Assembly: GCA_041690595.1 (NCBI GenBank)
Contig: JAWLHB010000028.1
Coordinates: forward strand, 1-64,000
Length of the DNA stretch: 64,000 bases
Source: Lentisphaeria bacterium
Lineage (GTDB): Bacteria; Verrucomicrobiota; Lentisphaeria; JABSQK01; JAWLHB01
Direction of reading: 5' to 3'
The translations under genes were made by a program, and so were the position numbers. Positions 30,199-40,994 of this stretch are shown in pieces (the stretch's first letter is position 1; every line of letters begins with the position of its first letter). The notes beneath the pieces are model-generated. The model was not told the origin of the DNA, searched no databases, and was given only the letters and a program-made list of their open reading frames with translations.

Positions 30199-31053
30199 AT
30201 GTCGAGACACGACGCGATGAAGTGCTACATGGACGACATCGGCCATATACCCCTCGTCAACAAGGCTGAAGAGGCCATCCTTGCCAAGAAGATCCATGCC
30301 GGCGACATGCAGGCGCGAGAAAAGCTCATTCGCTCCAATCTCCGCCTGGTGGTCAAGATCGCCCATGACTTCAAGGGCATGGGACTGCCCCTTCAGGATC
30401 TCGTCTCCGAGGGCAACATCGGCCTGATGCGTGCCGCCGAGAAATTTGATCCCGAGAAGGGCGCCAAGTTCAGCAGCTATGCCGCCTGGTGGATCAAGCA
30501 GGCCATGCGCCGCGCCCTCTCCGAAAAGAGCAAGACCATTCGCGTCCCCATCGCCTCCGTCAGCAAGATCAACAAGATCCGGACCATGCGCTCCAAGCTT
30601 GCCGAGAAACTTGGCCGCGATCCCACCGATCGGGAAATCGCCGACCGACTCGACTTCAGCGAACGCGTCGTCTCACGACTCCGTCGCGCTGACCTCAAGA
30701 CCGTCTCCATGCAGGACCCCATCCTCCGCGGCGAAGAAGGCGAACTCAAGAACCTCATTCCCGACGAGAATGCTCCCACCCCCTATCGCGTTCTCGATGA
30801 TAGCGAGTCCGTGCAGCGGCTCAATCTCCTCCTCGAGAGCCTCGACGATCGCGAGCGCACCATCCTCCTCATGCGCTACGGCTTGGATGGGAGCCCACCC
30901 CGCACACTCGAGCAGATCAGTCGCAAGATCGGCCGCACCCGCGAGCGCGTCCGTCAGATACAGAAGCGCGCCCTCGCCAAACTGCGCACCCAGATCTCGC
31001 AGGACTCCGAATTGCGCAACCAGTTCAGCGCCTTCGAGACCTCCGCCAAGTAA
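30199..31053 (+). CDS. Sigma-70 family RNA polymerase sigma factor (RpoD/RpoS-like, lacks region 1.1)
   Basis: SNLRLVVKIA, DLVSEGNIGLMRAAEKFDP, FSSYAAWWIKQ, TRERVRQIQ. Confidence 0.95.
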   Translation: MSRHDAMKCYMDDIGHIPLVNKAEEAILAKKIHAGDMQAREKLIRSNLRLVVKIAHDFKGMGLPLQDLVSEGNIGLMRAAEKFDPEKGAKFSSYAAWWIKQAMRRALSEKSKTIRVPIASVSKINKIRTMRSKLAEKLGRDPTDREIADRLDFSERVVSRLRRADLKTVSMQDPILRGEEGELKNLIPDENAPTPYRVLDDSESVQRLNLLLESLDDRERTILLMRYGLDGSPPRTLEQISRKIGRTRERVRQIQKRALAKLRTQISQDSELRNQFSAFETSAK

Positions 31054-31070
31054 AAAATCCCCCCACCCCA

Positions 31071-31114
31071 AGGCAGCCGTTCCACCCCCCCCCGGAACGG
31101 CTGCCTCTTTTTTT
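31071..31114 (+). terminator. Intrinsic terminator
   Basis: 13-bp stem aggcagccgttcc / ggaacggctgcct followed by a T run. Confidence 0.88.
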
Positions 31115-31194
31115 CAGCCGACTGCGTCCGACCCCGCGTCCGACCGTCCGACCCGTCGCGGAAAGTCTTTCTCCCGCAATACTGCATTCTGCTC

Positions 31195-31240
31195 TTGACA
31201 TCGATCGCCAATGCGCAATACTGTAATGCAACGTTACATT
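31195..31240 (+). promoter_or_regulatory. Predicted promoter with an adjacent LacI-type operator
   Basis: TTGACA at 31195-31200; TACTGT at 31219-31224; near-palindrome AATGCAACGTTACATT (31225-31240) with central CG. Confidence 0.7.
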
Positions 31241-31265
31241 GCAACGCCTTACAGAGAGAGCGGAG

Positions 31266-32330
31266 ATGTCCGGAAAAGTGTCCATGGCCACGGTGGCGGG
31301 GCTGGCTGGGGTCTCGACCGCGACCGTTTCGCGGGTGATCAACGATCATCCCAATATTGCGGAGGCGACGCGCAGGCGGACACTTGCGGCCATACAGGAA
31401 TTGGGCTACGAGCCCGACCGCCAGGTGCAGCGGGTGCTGCGCAGTGTACGCGGCAGTTGCGATGCCGTGGCTTTTCTGGTGGATCCGACCATGATCGGGC
31501 AGGCGCAACTTCCAGGTGCCTTCTACTGGCGCATTCAATGGGCCGTGCAACGCGCTTTGCAGGCAGCGGACAAGCACATGCTCCTGGCCGATTCCGAGCA
31601 TGACATCCTGCCCGACGGCCAGCTCAAGGCATGCGCCCGCGGCTTGGCTGATGGCATCATCGCCAAGGTCAATGACGGCACGATCGTGAAGCGGCTGTCG
31701 GCTCGAACGCCAGTGGTGCTCTTCTACAGTGATCACCGCCTGCCCTGTGTCGACGTGGTGCTCCCGGATGCCGCCCGGGCGATCCGCGATCAGATGGCCT
31801 ACCTCGTGGCTCTGGGCCATCGCCGCATCGCCATGTTTCGCCCCAATCCAGACGTCATCTGGCAGGACCGCGAGATCTGGTGGCATTACGAAGCTGCCTG
31901 CAAGGAGCTTGGCTGCGAGCTGTCGCCCCTCTTTCTCAAGCCGATCCACTTCACCTGCTATCAACACGCGCAGGCAATCAGCGAGTGGCTCGATCTGGTT
32001 CTGCCCTCTGCGTCGCCCCCAACCGCCGTACTCACCTTCGACACCTATGCCGCCGAGATGATTCGCCAACTCCAAAACCGTGGACTCCGTGTGCCCGCCG
32101 ACATCAGCATCGTCGGCTATGACGACGATCCCATAAGCGATCCTTCCCCAGTACCGGTCACCACCTTTCGACAGAATTTTGAGTTGATGGCGTCGACCGC
32201 CGTCGAATTGCTCGAAGCGCGACGCAACGAACCGGAACGATCCAGCCGGGTTGTCCTCATCGAGGGCGACCTGATCGAAAAGGGCAGTGCGGCACCTGCA
32301 CCTGCCAACAACACAAGGAGGCAACGATGA
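31266..32330 (+). CDS. LacI family transcriptional regulator
   Basis: [43 protein letters not shown]. Confidence 0.94.
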   Translation: MSGKVSMATVAGLAGVSTATVSRVINDHPNIAEATRRRTLAAIQELGYEPDRQVQRVLRSVRGSCDAVAFLVDPTMIGQAQLPGAFYWRIQWAVQRALQAADKHMLLADSEHDILPDGQLKACARGLADGIIAKVNDGTIVKRLSARTPVVLFYSDHRLPCVDVVLPDAARAIRDQMAYLVALGHRRIAMFRPNPDVIWQDREIWWHYEAACKELGCELSPLFLKPIHFTCYQHAQAISEWLDLVLPSASPPTAVLTFDTYAAEMIRQLQNRGLRVPADISIVGYDDDPISDPSPVPVTTFRQNFELMASTAVELLEARRNEPERSSRVVLIEGDLIEKGSAAPAPANNTRRQR

Positions 32331-33031
32331 AGAGGCACACATTCACCCTGATCGAGTTGCTCGTCGTAGTCGCTATTATAGCCATTCTCGCGTCAATGCT
32401 CTTGCCGGCCCTCTCTAATGCGCGCGCCAAAGCCAAGCAGATCTCATGCGTCGGCAACGTGAAGCAATTGATGATGGTCTGGCAGCTCTATTCGGATACA
32501 TGGGACGGCGTAATCCTCCCCTTTCGGTCGGATGTCCTGCGCTGGAATCGCCCCTTCAATGCAGCTACCAATCGCTGGTATCCTTACCTCGCCCGCGAGG
32601 AACTCGGTATGCCCGAGCTTACCGACAACTATTGGGGCACCATTCCGCTCAAGTACCGCTCCGCCACCATTCTTCGGTGTGCCGCGTTCGACAAACCACT
32701 CCTTTACCAGTTGGACGTCCATTACGGCATGCCGCAGCACAATATCGGCGGCGACTCCGGATGGGGCAATCGCGATCCATGGGACAAGACCAACCAGATT
32801 CCCCGCCCCGATCAGCAGTACGTCTTTCTCGACTCGGATGGCACTGTCGCCGGCTACCGCGGATGGACATTCGTCCACAACGGGAGCCTGGGTTACGTGG
32901 GGCTGCGCCATTCCGGACAGTCGAACGTCGGCTTTGCCGACGGCCACGTGGGCGCGGGCGGCTACAGGGACCTCTGGCGCCCTTATCCCCAATGGCTCTC
33001 CTCCGCCCCCTGGGGATGGCAAACCAACTAA
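32327..33031 (+). CDS. Prepilin-type N-terminal methylation domain protein with H-X9-DG motif (DUF1559-like)
   Basis: [24 protein letters not shown]...[18 protein letters not shown]. Confidence 0.92.
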   Translation: MKRHTFTLIELLVVVAIIAILASMLLPALSNARAKAKQISCVGNVKQLMMVWQLYSDTWDGVILPFRSDVLRWNRPFNAATNRWYPYLAREELGMPELTDNYWGTIPLKYRSATILRCAAFDKPLLYQLDVHYGMPQHNIGGDSGWGNRDPWDKTNQIPRPDQQYVFLDSDGTVAGYRGWTFVHNGSLGYVGLRHSGQSNVGFADGHVGAGGYRDLWRPYPQWLSSAPWGWQTN

Positions 33032-33040
33032 GGAGCAAGC

Positions 33041-36000
33041 ATGACAATCTGGATGAGAGCCGTAATCATGACCGCCGCGACCCTGGCAACCTCCGCGGGC
33101 GAAATGCCCGCCATCGACGATGCCGCCATCCTCAAGTTGATGCCCGGAGGGACGACCTATTCCATGCCCGAGCGCATCTTCCCACCAGGCCCACGCGCCG
33201 GGCGTGAAGAGAGCTTTGGCACTCTCGTTACCGGCGATGCCCGACGCGCCGCCGACTGGTTGGCCATACCGGAAAGCGCCTGGCAGGAGCTGATTACCGA
33301 CTTTGCCCCCGTCTCCATGCATGGCACCAACACTGGCGTGGGCGGCCGTGATCCTTTCACCGGAGACGACTATTTCGACGGGGTGGAGATGTCTCACGAG
33401 GACTTTCTCAAGACCCCCTTCCAGGCACGTGCAAAGGATGGCGGCGAGATCGTCTACGAGCGCGAATCGGACATGCCCGCCGACTGGAAGTGGCGCCCCA
33501 ATCACACCGCCGAGATTCCGCATCTGGATGGCACCACCCATGCCTATCGCTTCCTGGTCCCCGAAGCCTTTGCCGGGGCGGGCACCGCCTACAACTCCGA
33601 GCGCCGCCACTGGTTCTGCCCTGCTGGTGAGGTCTACGGCGCGCGCCTGCGCATCATCATGTCCGCCGTCCTTCCAGACCTGATCGCGGCAGTCTACCAC
33701 GATACCGATCCTCGTGCCGCGCGGCAGTTGGCGGTTATCCTGGATCGAGTCGCCGATGTCTACCCCGGCCTCCCCCTCCTCAGCGCCAGCCTCGCCCACG
33801 GTTTTGCCCGCTCCCCGGACAAGAGCGGCTACCTCACGGCGGCGTTGTACGACGAGATAACCAGCGGCACGCCTCCGCCAGGATACGATTTCCCGCCCCC
33901 TTGGTGGCACGGGATTTACGACTACAATTATGCCAAACTGAATGGCAAAATTCCCGGCTGGACCGATGGCGTACTGGCGCAGCTTGGTACCTACGCCATC
34001 GCCTTCGATCTGCTGCACGATCTGGAGGCCGTACGCGCCTTCAGCCAGGAAAAGTACGGCGATCCCGAACGCTGGACCGTACGAGTGCGGGAGCGGCTGC
34101 TGGAGCCGGCACGACTCCTTGCACGCTTCAGTCCCCCCACCAAGGGAAACACCGCCTACGCCTACGTGATGGGTGCCGTGCCACTCGGCATCGTCACCCA
34201 GGACAGCTATCTCTTCGCTACCGGCCTCTCCATTCCGGAACTCTACCTCTACAACAACTGGATGGAAGATGGCATGCCCATCGACGGCGCCTTCAATTAT
34301 GCCCTGATGACCTATGGCATCATCAAGTATCGCTGGATGTACGAGGAACTTGGCGGCTCGCCACTTCACGAAAAGTTCCCGCTCCTTCACAAGATCGATT
34401 CGTTCACCTTCCGCCCCGTGACCACCCTCTACAACCTCGCCAGCAAGCATGCCGACGAGCACGCGCGCTTCTTCCGTTCCCGCCGCCCATGGATGCCGCC
34501 GCCCGATCCGGCCGCCTTGCCATACGAGGCCCATGAACGCTCCCAATCTCTCCCCGTATATGGGCTGACGGCGCTGCGCGGCGGTGCGCCAGGCAGCCGA
34601 CTGGAACTCATCCTCGACCATCAGAACACCAACAACCATGTACATGAATCGAAGCTCAACGTGCAGCTCTTCTACGAAGGCGTGGAACTGCTGCCCGATT
34701 TCGGCTATTCCGTGGCCTTTGCATTCGACCCCGAAGCCGCCCCATGGAAGGACTTCGATTATCCACACCAGCTGCTGCCCACTCCCGAGCCGCGCGACAA
34801 GTGGGGGCCATGGCGGCATCAGTACGCCATACACCCCGAGGCCCATTGCGTCGCCACCATCGACAACTGGCTGGCCAGCACGATCCCCATGACCCTCGAG
34901 GCCTACCACGGCGGGACGGCCCCCGAATCTCCTGCCTGGCAAGCGCAGTTTGTGGATGCCTCCGCCAAAGGTCTCTTCCACGAACATCCCGCTCCCGTGG
35001 ATCTCATGCGGCGGCAGCTGGCCGTGATCACCCTCCCCAACGGCCGCTCCCTCGCCCTGGATTTCTTTCGCCTGCGCGGCGGCAAGCGGCACGACCTCTA
35101 CTGGCACGTCCCCAGCGATACCATGCCCTCCACCCTCGGCGAAGGCGAACCGGTCGAAGCCGCTTCACTCGCCGAACTCTGGAACATCAAGACCGACTAC
35201 TACAACGGCAAAGCCTCGCGTCACTACGGCTATGCCCTGCGCCAGATCCGGCCGCAAGCCCTGTACCCTATGCCCAGCGAGGTCTGGCAAGCCGATTTCC
35301 ACGTCCAGCCCGCGAACTTCCTGCCCCGCAGCCCCGGCGTTTACACCGGCAACGAAGCCCGTTGGCCCAAGCTGCTGACCGACCGGCACCTGCGCTTGTG
35401 GAGCTGGGCGGATGGCAGCGACGCCGACCAGGAAATCCTCACCGCGCGAGGCCCATGGCCCGGACTGCTCGAAGAAATCAACCCCGAAACGGAAGAACTC
35501 ATGCTCGGCCTGGGAGCCTTCAAGGATGCACTGGCCTTTGTCATCGAGTCTCGCCTGGCGCAAGAGCCCGGTCTCGAAAGCAGCTATTTCCACGTCCTGG
35601 AACCGCGCACTCCCGACCAATCCCCTCTCCTGGCCGCGACGGAGGTGCTTCAGCGTGATTCCGTGGATGTCGGCGGTGGCCTCGTCGCCAGACTCACCTT
35701 GACCGACGGCACCACCCTGCTGGTCGCCTCGACCTTGAACGGAGAAGCCACGCAGACAGAGGGATTCGCCCTCAACGGCCGATTCGGCATGGCGATCCCC
35801 GCTATCGGCAACTTCGTCATCCTCGACGGGGTGCACCTGCAAGCCGACGATTGGCGGATCGACTTGGCGCCGACCTGGAAGATGACCCTCGCGGGCGTGA
35901 TCGGAGACCTGACGGGTAGCCCTGACCAAGCCGCCCTCCTGGTCACTTCGGACCGCCCGCTGCCCGTGGACCAAACCCTGATCGGGCAACATATCCAGGT

Positions 36001-36577
36001 GGACCACCAGGCGGGGCCATATTACAAGACCACCTTCACCATCGCCCGCATCAGCGTTCATGCCGAGGGTATGTGGCGCGTCGACCTCCAGGATACGCCC
36101 ACCTTCATGCAGAACCGCATGCATGTCATGGCCATCGACCCGGAGAAACCCCGTAGTCTGCAGCCCGAGTTCCGCCTCTACCGCGGCAGCGGCGAGGTCA
36201 ATTACCGGGGACGACGCGTCCGCTTCCCCCGCACCGGGTATGAGACAACTGTCGCCAGCGGCACCTGGAAAGAACTCCTTCTGGCCGAAGATCCTCCCGA
36301 CGACATGGTTCAGGCAGGCGATCCCTTCGTCATCTACACCATACAACCCGGCGATGCCGTAACCATACGCTCCTCCTTTGCCAGTCGCGGCATCGTCACC
36401 CCGGAAGGAATCGACCTCGACATCCAGGCCAGCGGCCCCTTCGACCTGCATGTTCCCGCCTTCAGCCGGTGCACGATAGGCGAGCGCACCATCCCCGCGA
36501 CACCCGAAGGACTACGCCTCAGCGTCACCGCCGACGACCTGACCGATGGCCGCCTTGCCCTCCGTCTCTTCAAGTAA
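33041..36577 (+). CDS. Large secreted protein with a heparinase II/III-like (polysaccharide lyase-like) domain
   Basis: Signal peptide; helical N-half (EDGMPIDGAFNYA); HVHESKLNVQLFYEGVELLPDFGY and AHCVATID resemble the heparinase II/III HxHxD..DxGY and HN motifs. Confidence 0.6.
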   Translation: MTIWMRAVIMTAATLATSAGEMPAIDDAAILKLMPGGTTYSMPERIFPPGPRAGREESFGTLVTGDARRAADWLAIPESAWQELITDFAPVSMHGTNTGVGGRDPFTGDDYFDGVEMSHEDFLKTPFQARAKDGGEIVYERESDMPADWKWRPNHTAEIPHLDGTTHAYRFLVPEAFAGAGTAYNSERRHWFCPAGEVYGARLRIIMSAVLPDLIAAVYHDTDPRAARQLAVILDRVADVYPGLPLLSASLAHGFARSPDKSGYLTAALYDEITSGTPPPGYDFPPPWWHGIYDYNYAKLNGKIPGWTDGVLAQLGTYAIAFDLLHDLEAVRAFSQEKYGDPERWTVRVRERLLEPARLLARFSPPTKGNTAYAYVMGAVPLGIVTQDSYLFATGLSIPELYLYNNWMEDGMPIDGAFNYALMTYGIIKYRWMYEELGGSPLHEKFPLLHKIDSFTFRPVTTLYNLASKHADEHARFFRSRRPWMPPPDPAALPYEAHERSQSLPVYGLTALRGGAPGSRLELILDHQNTNNHVHESKLNVQLFYEGVELLPDFGYSVAFAFDPEAAPWKDFDYPHQLLPTPEPRDKWGPWRHQYAIHPEAHCVATIDNWLASTIPMTLEAYHGGTAPESPAWQAQFVDASAKGLFHEHPAPVDLMRRQLAVITLPNGRSLALDFFRLRGGKRHDLYWHVPSDTMPSTLGEGEPVEAASLAELWNIKTDYYNGKASRHYGYALRQIRPQALYPMPSEVWQADFHVQPANFLPRSPGVYTGNEARWPKLLTDRHLRLWSWADGSDADQEILTARGPWPGLLEEINPETEELMLGLGAFKDALAFVIESRLAQEPGLESSYFHVLEPRTPDQSPLLAATEVLQRDSVDVGGGLVARLTLTDGTTLLVASTLNGEATQTEGFALNGRFGMAIPAIGNFVILDGVHLQADDWRIDLAPTWKMTLAGVIGDLTGSPDQAALLVTSDRPLPVDQTLIGQHIQVDHQAGPYYKTTFTIARISVHAEGMWRVDLQDTPTFMQNRMHVMAIDPEKPRSLQPEFRLYRGSGEVNYRGRRVRFPRTGYETTVASGTWKELLLAEDPPDDMVQAGDPFVIYTIQPGDAVTIRSSFASRGIVTPEGIDLDIQASGPFDLHVPAFSRCTIGERTIPATPEGLRLSVTADDLTDGRLALRLFK

Positions 36578-36670
36578 GACTCTCCACGGTGAAGCTGCCG
36601 CTGTAGGTTTCGGCCCCTTTTCGATCTATGGTATGGGATTCTCCCCTTCACGCTGCGTCGAGGAGTCCAC

Positions 36671-37371
36671 ATGAAACTGCTCTACATCTTTCCCCACCCA
36701 GATGACGAATCCTTTGGCCCTGCCCGCGCCATTGCCCGCCATCGGCGCGAGGGGCACCAGGTCTACCTCTTGACGCTGACCCGTGGCGGCGCCACCCGGC
36801 AGCGCCACCGCCTCGGACTAACGGTTGCGGAAATGGGAGAGCTGCGATTACGCGAGATGAAGGCCATGGCGAAGGTCCTCGACCTGACCGAGCTGACCGT
36901 ACTCGACCTCCCCGACAGCGTTTTGAAGGACCTCGATCCGCGCCAGATCGAGCGCCTTGTCGACAAGCACATCCGCCAGGTGGGCCCGCCATCGTGGTGA
37001 CCTACCCGGTCCACGGAATCAGCGGCTTCCCGGATCACCTCGTGACCCATGCCGTCGTCAAGCGCGTATACCTCGAGCTACTCGAACACGGCGCCACCTG
37101 TCTTCAACGGCTGGCCTACTTCACCCTGGATGAAGAGCATGCGCAGAGCGGTCTCCACCGCCTCACCAGCTCCAAGCCGGAGGACATCGACTGCCGCATG
37201 CAGCTCTCACCCAGCGACATTGCGGCATGCAATCGGGCGCTGGACTGCTATGAGAGCTATCAGGAAACCATCGAGCAGAGCGGTGTACGAAACCTTCTTC
37301 ACCACGATGCCCTTTTCGAGATCCATGGCGAGCATCATGCTCCCCCTCTGGCCAATCTTTGCGATTTCTGA
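36671..37371 (+). pseudogene. PIG-L/BshB family deacetylase, frameshifted near 36985
   Basis: FPHPDDESFG in one frame, VTYPVHGISGFPDH in the next; one extra base at ggcccgccatc restores ...VGPAIVVTY. Confidence 0.8.
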
Positions 37372-37404
37372 ATCGCTCGCCTGATCCCATGCCCCTCGCC
37401 CCGC

Positions 37405-37471
37405 GATCCGTCTGATCCGCCTGATCCGTCCGGCTCGTCCGACCCCGTCCGACTCGTCCGACTCGTCCGAC
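37405..37471 (+). repeat. 9-bp period tandem repeat (gatccgYcY / gactcgtcc)
   Basis: About 7 units between convergent genes. Confidence 0.8.
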
Positions 37472-37483
37472 TTCCTCCCCCCT

Positions 37484-37960
37484 TCACAGCCCCTGCGACG
37501 CCCCCGCACTGGCCAGGCTTGGCGTATGCTGGACCTTCGCTCCCAGCACCAACTCATAGTGGGTCATGACCCGGAAGTAGAGGATATTGTAGGCCAGTAC
37601 CATGCCGAAGATGGCTGCCGGCAGCAGGAGATTGTCTGGGCTTTCCAGCGTGGCGGCATCGTGCAGCACGAAATCGGCCAGCAGAGCGGGACGCGCGAGG
37701 ATGGCGCCGATGGCAAACCAGCGCGCATGCCTGCACGCCTGAATCTGCTCGTGGAGCAGCGGCCAATCGACCGCAAGCCCCGCCAGAAAGATGGCCAGAT
37801 TGAGCAGCGCCCCGGTTGTGGCTATGGCGATCTCCATGGGCGTGGTAGCGGCCAGCGCATAATGGCCGTTGACCAGCACCCCAAGCGCGTGCAGGAAGCA
37901 GAGCCCGAGATCGAAACCGGCAAACATGCGAAAGCGCAAGGTGGAGGGTGGGGCGGTCAT
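37484..37960 (-). CDS. Hypothetical membrane protein (about 4 TM segments)
   Basis: Four hydrophobic stretches; fills the gap between neighbours. Confidence 0.6.
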   Translation of the reverse strand: MTAPPSTLRFRMFAGFDLGLCFLHALGVLVNGHYALAATTPMEIAIATTGALLNLAIFLAGLAVDWPLLHEQIQACRHARWFAIGAILARPALLADFVLHDAATLESPDNLLLPAAIFGMVLAYNILYFRVMTHYELVLGAKVQHTPSLASAGASQGL

Positions 37961-38126
37961 GGTGGCCAAATATGGGGGCGGCGCCGCCACTTCGCCACTA
38001 CTCCCCGCGGATTAATGCTCCTCCCCGTCATCGACGCGAGCTTGACGCCATTGCCACGCCGGTATAGCTTGATTCGGTACAGGAGTAGGGAAAGTCGGCT
38101 AACAGTGCTGTCAATGCGAAGAGAGT

Positions 38127-38456
38127 ATGGTGATCAACGAAAACGCGTATGACTTTGCGGATGAGTTCTTTGTGGTCGAGAAGACGGTGGAAGTCAGGGT
38201 GCGGATCGAAGGGATCCCGCAGACCGTCCGCATCGAGGCGCTCCTCCATCCGGCTTCCGGCAGCTACTATGCCCGGGCATGCATCCAGGATTGCTTCAAG
38301 ATCCAGCCCTCCTATCCGCAGTCGCGGGGACGATTTGATCGCGAACCGCTTGACGGCATCCTCTGGCTCGATTTCGAGATCCCATGGGCGGCAGGCGATT
38401 CGGCTGACGATGCCATCACCCAGGCGCTCGGTGTCCTGCGCCTCCAGTGCGGGTGA
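38127..38456 (+). CDS. Hypothetical protein (109 aa)
   Basis: Globular-looking composition; purine-rich RBS; no recognised motif. Confidence 0.65.
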   Translation: MVINENAYDFADEFFVVEKTVEVRVRIEGIPQTVRIEALLHPASGSYYARACIQDCFKIQPSYPQSRGRFDREPLDGILWLDFEIPWAAGDSADDAITQALGVLRLQCG

Positions 38457-38567
38457 TGACGGTTGTATCCATGACCTGCGTCTCTTCATGACGCGGTTTA
38501 CCATTTTTCTTGTGTCCAACGGCGCTTGGGACGGGGATCTTCGGCGTCACAACGTGGAGAGCAAACG

Positions 38568-39752
38568 ATGAGCGAGCGCCGTGAGCGAATCATGAAAGCC
38601 TTTGCACACCAAAGGCCCGACAGAACTCCAATCTTCGAGATCTTTCAGCCGTTTCAGCCCATTCACTGGCCGATCGCGGGACGCACCATCGCCACGGACG
38701 AAGCCATGGCTTGGGACGCCATGGCTGACGGCGTCGACTGGCGGGAACTGAACGAGGCTTCGGCCCAGGCACAGTTTGCCGTCTGCAAGTTCTTCGATCT
38801 GGATATGGTCCGCCTCAACGGTGCCCCAGGCAGGCCGGATTACCTCCGGCCCGAGAAAACCGGCCCGGCCTCCTGGCGCCGGAACGGCATCGACTACGCT
38901 GTTCATCCCCGTACGCGCATGGTCGTGCCGGAAAATCCCGGCGCGGTCATGGCCGATTCGCGCAAGCATGATCCGGAGGCGGTTCGTCGCGACATCGAAG
39001 CATGGGACGGTGCCTCGCCCTCCGGCGAGCAGAGTGCCGATCCCGTCTACCTGCGCGTGCGCAATCTGGCCGAGGCCGAAGGCATCGACTGGGTCTACAT
39101 GGCGGAAATCGGCGCGGGCACCGGCGTCGCATTCTGGCCGCCATTCTTCCTCATGTGGCTGATCGACGAACCGGAGCTCGTGATGCGCTGGATGGCGATG
39201 CAGAAGTCGCGCGCCCTGCCGCGGACCGCCGCCCTCATCGCGCAGGGGCACGAGGTCGTAGCCATGGGCGGCGATGTCAGCTCCGACAAGGGGCCATTCA
39301 TCTCCCCCAAGCACTATCGCGACTTCGTTCTGCCGACGATCCAGGAGCACGTGCGTTTGATCCAGGCCAACGGCGCCAAGGCCGTCTACACCAGCGACGG
39401 CAACCACTGGGCCATCAAGGAAGACTTCTTCATCAACTCCGGCGTCGATGGCTACAAGGAGGTCGACTTTGCCGCCGGCATGACCATGGAGCGCTTGATC
39501 GAAGAGGGGCTCGACCGGCGGATCTGCATCATCGGCAACATCGATGCCCGTCACACCCTCTGTCACGCACAGCCCGACGACGTCGCCGCCTTCGTGCGCC
39601 GATGCCTGGAACTGGGCGAGACGTCGCCGGGAGGCCACATTCTCCATGCCAGCCACAGCGTCCACGAGGATGTCCAGATAGAGAACTATCTTGCCGCCGT
39701 CGCCGCCTATCGGTCATACTTCGGCCTTCCGCCGTTGCCACAGCTCTCCTGA
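38568..39752 (+). CDS. Uroporphyrinogen decarboxylase family protein
   Basis: RRERIMKAF...PDRTP, GGDVSSDKGPFISP, TSDGN, IIGNID, GGHILHASHSV. Confidence 0.85.
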   Translation: MSERRERIMKAFAHQRPDRTPIFEIFQPFQPIHWPIAGRTIATDEAMAWDAMADGVDWRELNEASAQAQFAVCKFFDLDMVRLNGAPGRPDYLRPEKTGPASWRRNGIDYAVHPRTRMVVPENPGAVMADSRKHDPEAVRRDIEAWDGASPSGEQSADPVYLRVRNLAEAEGIDWVYMAEIGAGTGVAFWPPFFLMWLIDEPELVMRWMAMQKSRALPRTAALIAQGHEVVAMGGDVSSDKGPFISPKHYRDFVLPTIQEHVRLIQANGAKAVYTSDGNHWAIKEDFFINSGVDGYKEVDFAAGMTMERLIEEGLDRRICIIGNIDARHTLCHAQPDDVAAFVRRCLELGETSPGGHILHASHSVHEDVQIENYLAAVAAYRSYFGLPPLPQLS

Positions 39753-39884
39753 GCACATGGCTTAAAAAAAGCAGACTTCATGATGACTTAATGGGGAAAT
39801 GTTGAAATCGGTCCGTCAATAGAGTAAACTGTAAGGTACAGATCAGACTCTTCCATGGCGGTCACCTTGAACCAGAGGATTCCG

Positions 39885-40556
39885 ATGAAAAGATCCACCC
39901 ACTCCTTTACCCTTATTGAACTCCTCGTGGTCGTGGCCATTATCGCCATTCTGGCCTCCATGCTGCTACCGGCGCTCCAAAGTGCTCGCGCCGCCGCCAG
40001 GGCTACCTCCTGCATCTCCAGCTTGAAACAGATCGGCCTCGGCATCAGCCTCTATGCCGACGAAAACGACGACTTCATGCCGATGGCCCGCAACTGGGAT
40101 CATTCATGGAAGATCTCCTGGTTTTTGTCTTCCAGCAAAATCTCCCCCCTCTATGGCTATTTCGGCGCTGACGGCGATCGCGTGACGAGGAGAGGGTGTC
40201 CCACCACTGCCAACTCGACGGCCCCAAACTCATCGAGCTACTGGGCCAGCCGCTATTTCTGGGGATATGGACCCGGTCTCTACCTCAGCTATCCAACGTG
40301 GAAGACTCTTGGCTATGGACCCATTCGCATAAGCGCCGCCAAGGATGCGTCCAAAAAAGTTCACACCCTCGAAGCCATGCTCGACGCCTATACTCCGGAT
40401 GGTTTCGACGTGGCTCAGATTGCCAGACTCGGCAGGCATCACCGCGATCAGAACAACAGCCTCTTCTTCGATGGTCATGTCGACGCGCTGCCCTATCACG
40501 CCTTGATCGATGCCTATCCCCTATATATCAATCGCGACTACATCACCAACCGCTGA
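39885..40556 (+). CDS. Prepilin-type N-terminal methylation domain protein with H-X9-DG motif (DUF1559-like)
   Basis: [24 protein letters not shown]...[23 protein letters not shown]. Confidence 0.92.
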   Translation: MKRSTHSFTLIELLVVVAIIAILASMLLPALQSARAAARATSCISSLKQIGLGISLYADENDDFMPMARNWDHSWKISWFLSSSKISPLYGYFGADGDRVTRRGCPTTANSTAPNSSSYWASRYFWGYGPGLYLSYPTWKTLGYGPIRISAAKDASKKVHTLEAMLDAYTPDGFDVAQIARLGRHHRDQNNSLFFDGHVDALPYHALIDAYPLYINRDYITNR

Positions 40557-40791
40557 TCCCTGAGCCTGCGATCAGCTTTTTCGAGCGCTTCTGTTGTACG
40601 CCAGAAGATAGTGGCGTAGAGGTCCCAAGTATCTGGGGACAGGTATCCTGTGAACGTCTCGCCAGATCCAATCTGCTGTCCTTCGCCCCAACTCCTATCA
40701 TTGGCTTCGTCCGCCCCCGCTTTCCGCAACCATCCTTGGTTGCGGAAAGGTCTTCTCCTTCTTTGGCAAGCTCCGACGCTTGCCACCACCG

Positions 40792-40835
40792 TCCGCCCGA
40801 TCCGTCCGATCCGCCTGATTCGCCCGATCCGTCCG
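40792..40835 (+). repeat. 9-bp period tandem repeat (tccgYcYga)x5
   Basis: tccgcccga tccgtccga tccgcctga ttcgcccga tccgtccg. Confidence 0.8.
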
Positions 40836-40994
40836 CCCCTTCCCCAGTGCCCCGCCCCGTCTGCCCCTTCCGTCCTCATACTGCATCTGTACCTTTCTTC
40901 GAGGAAACCTCACCCACAGCTTTGCATTCGAGCACGGCACGGTTAAGTTATTAGCTTTTCCGCCAGTCGATTTTATTTTTGAGAGTTCAGCTAC

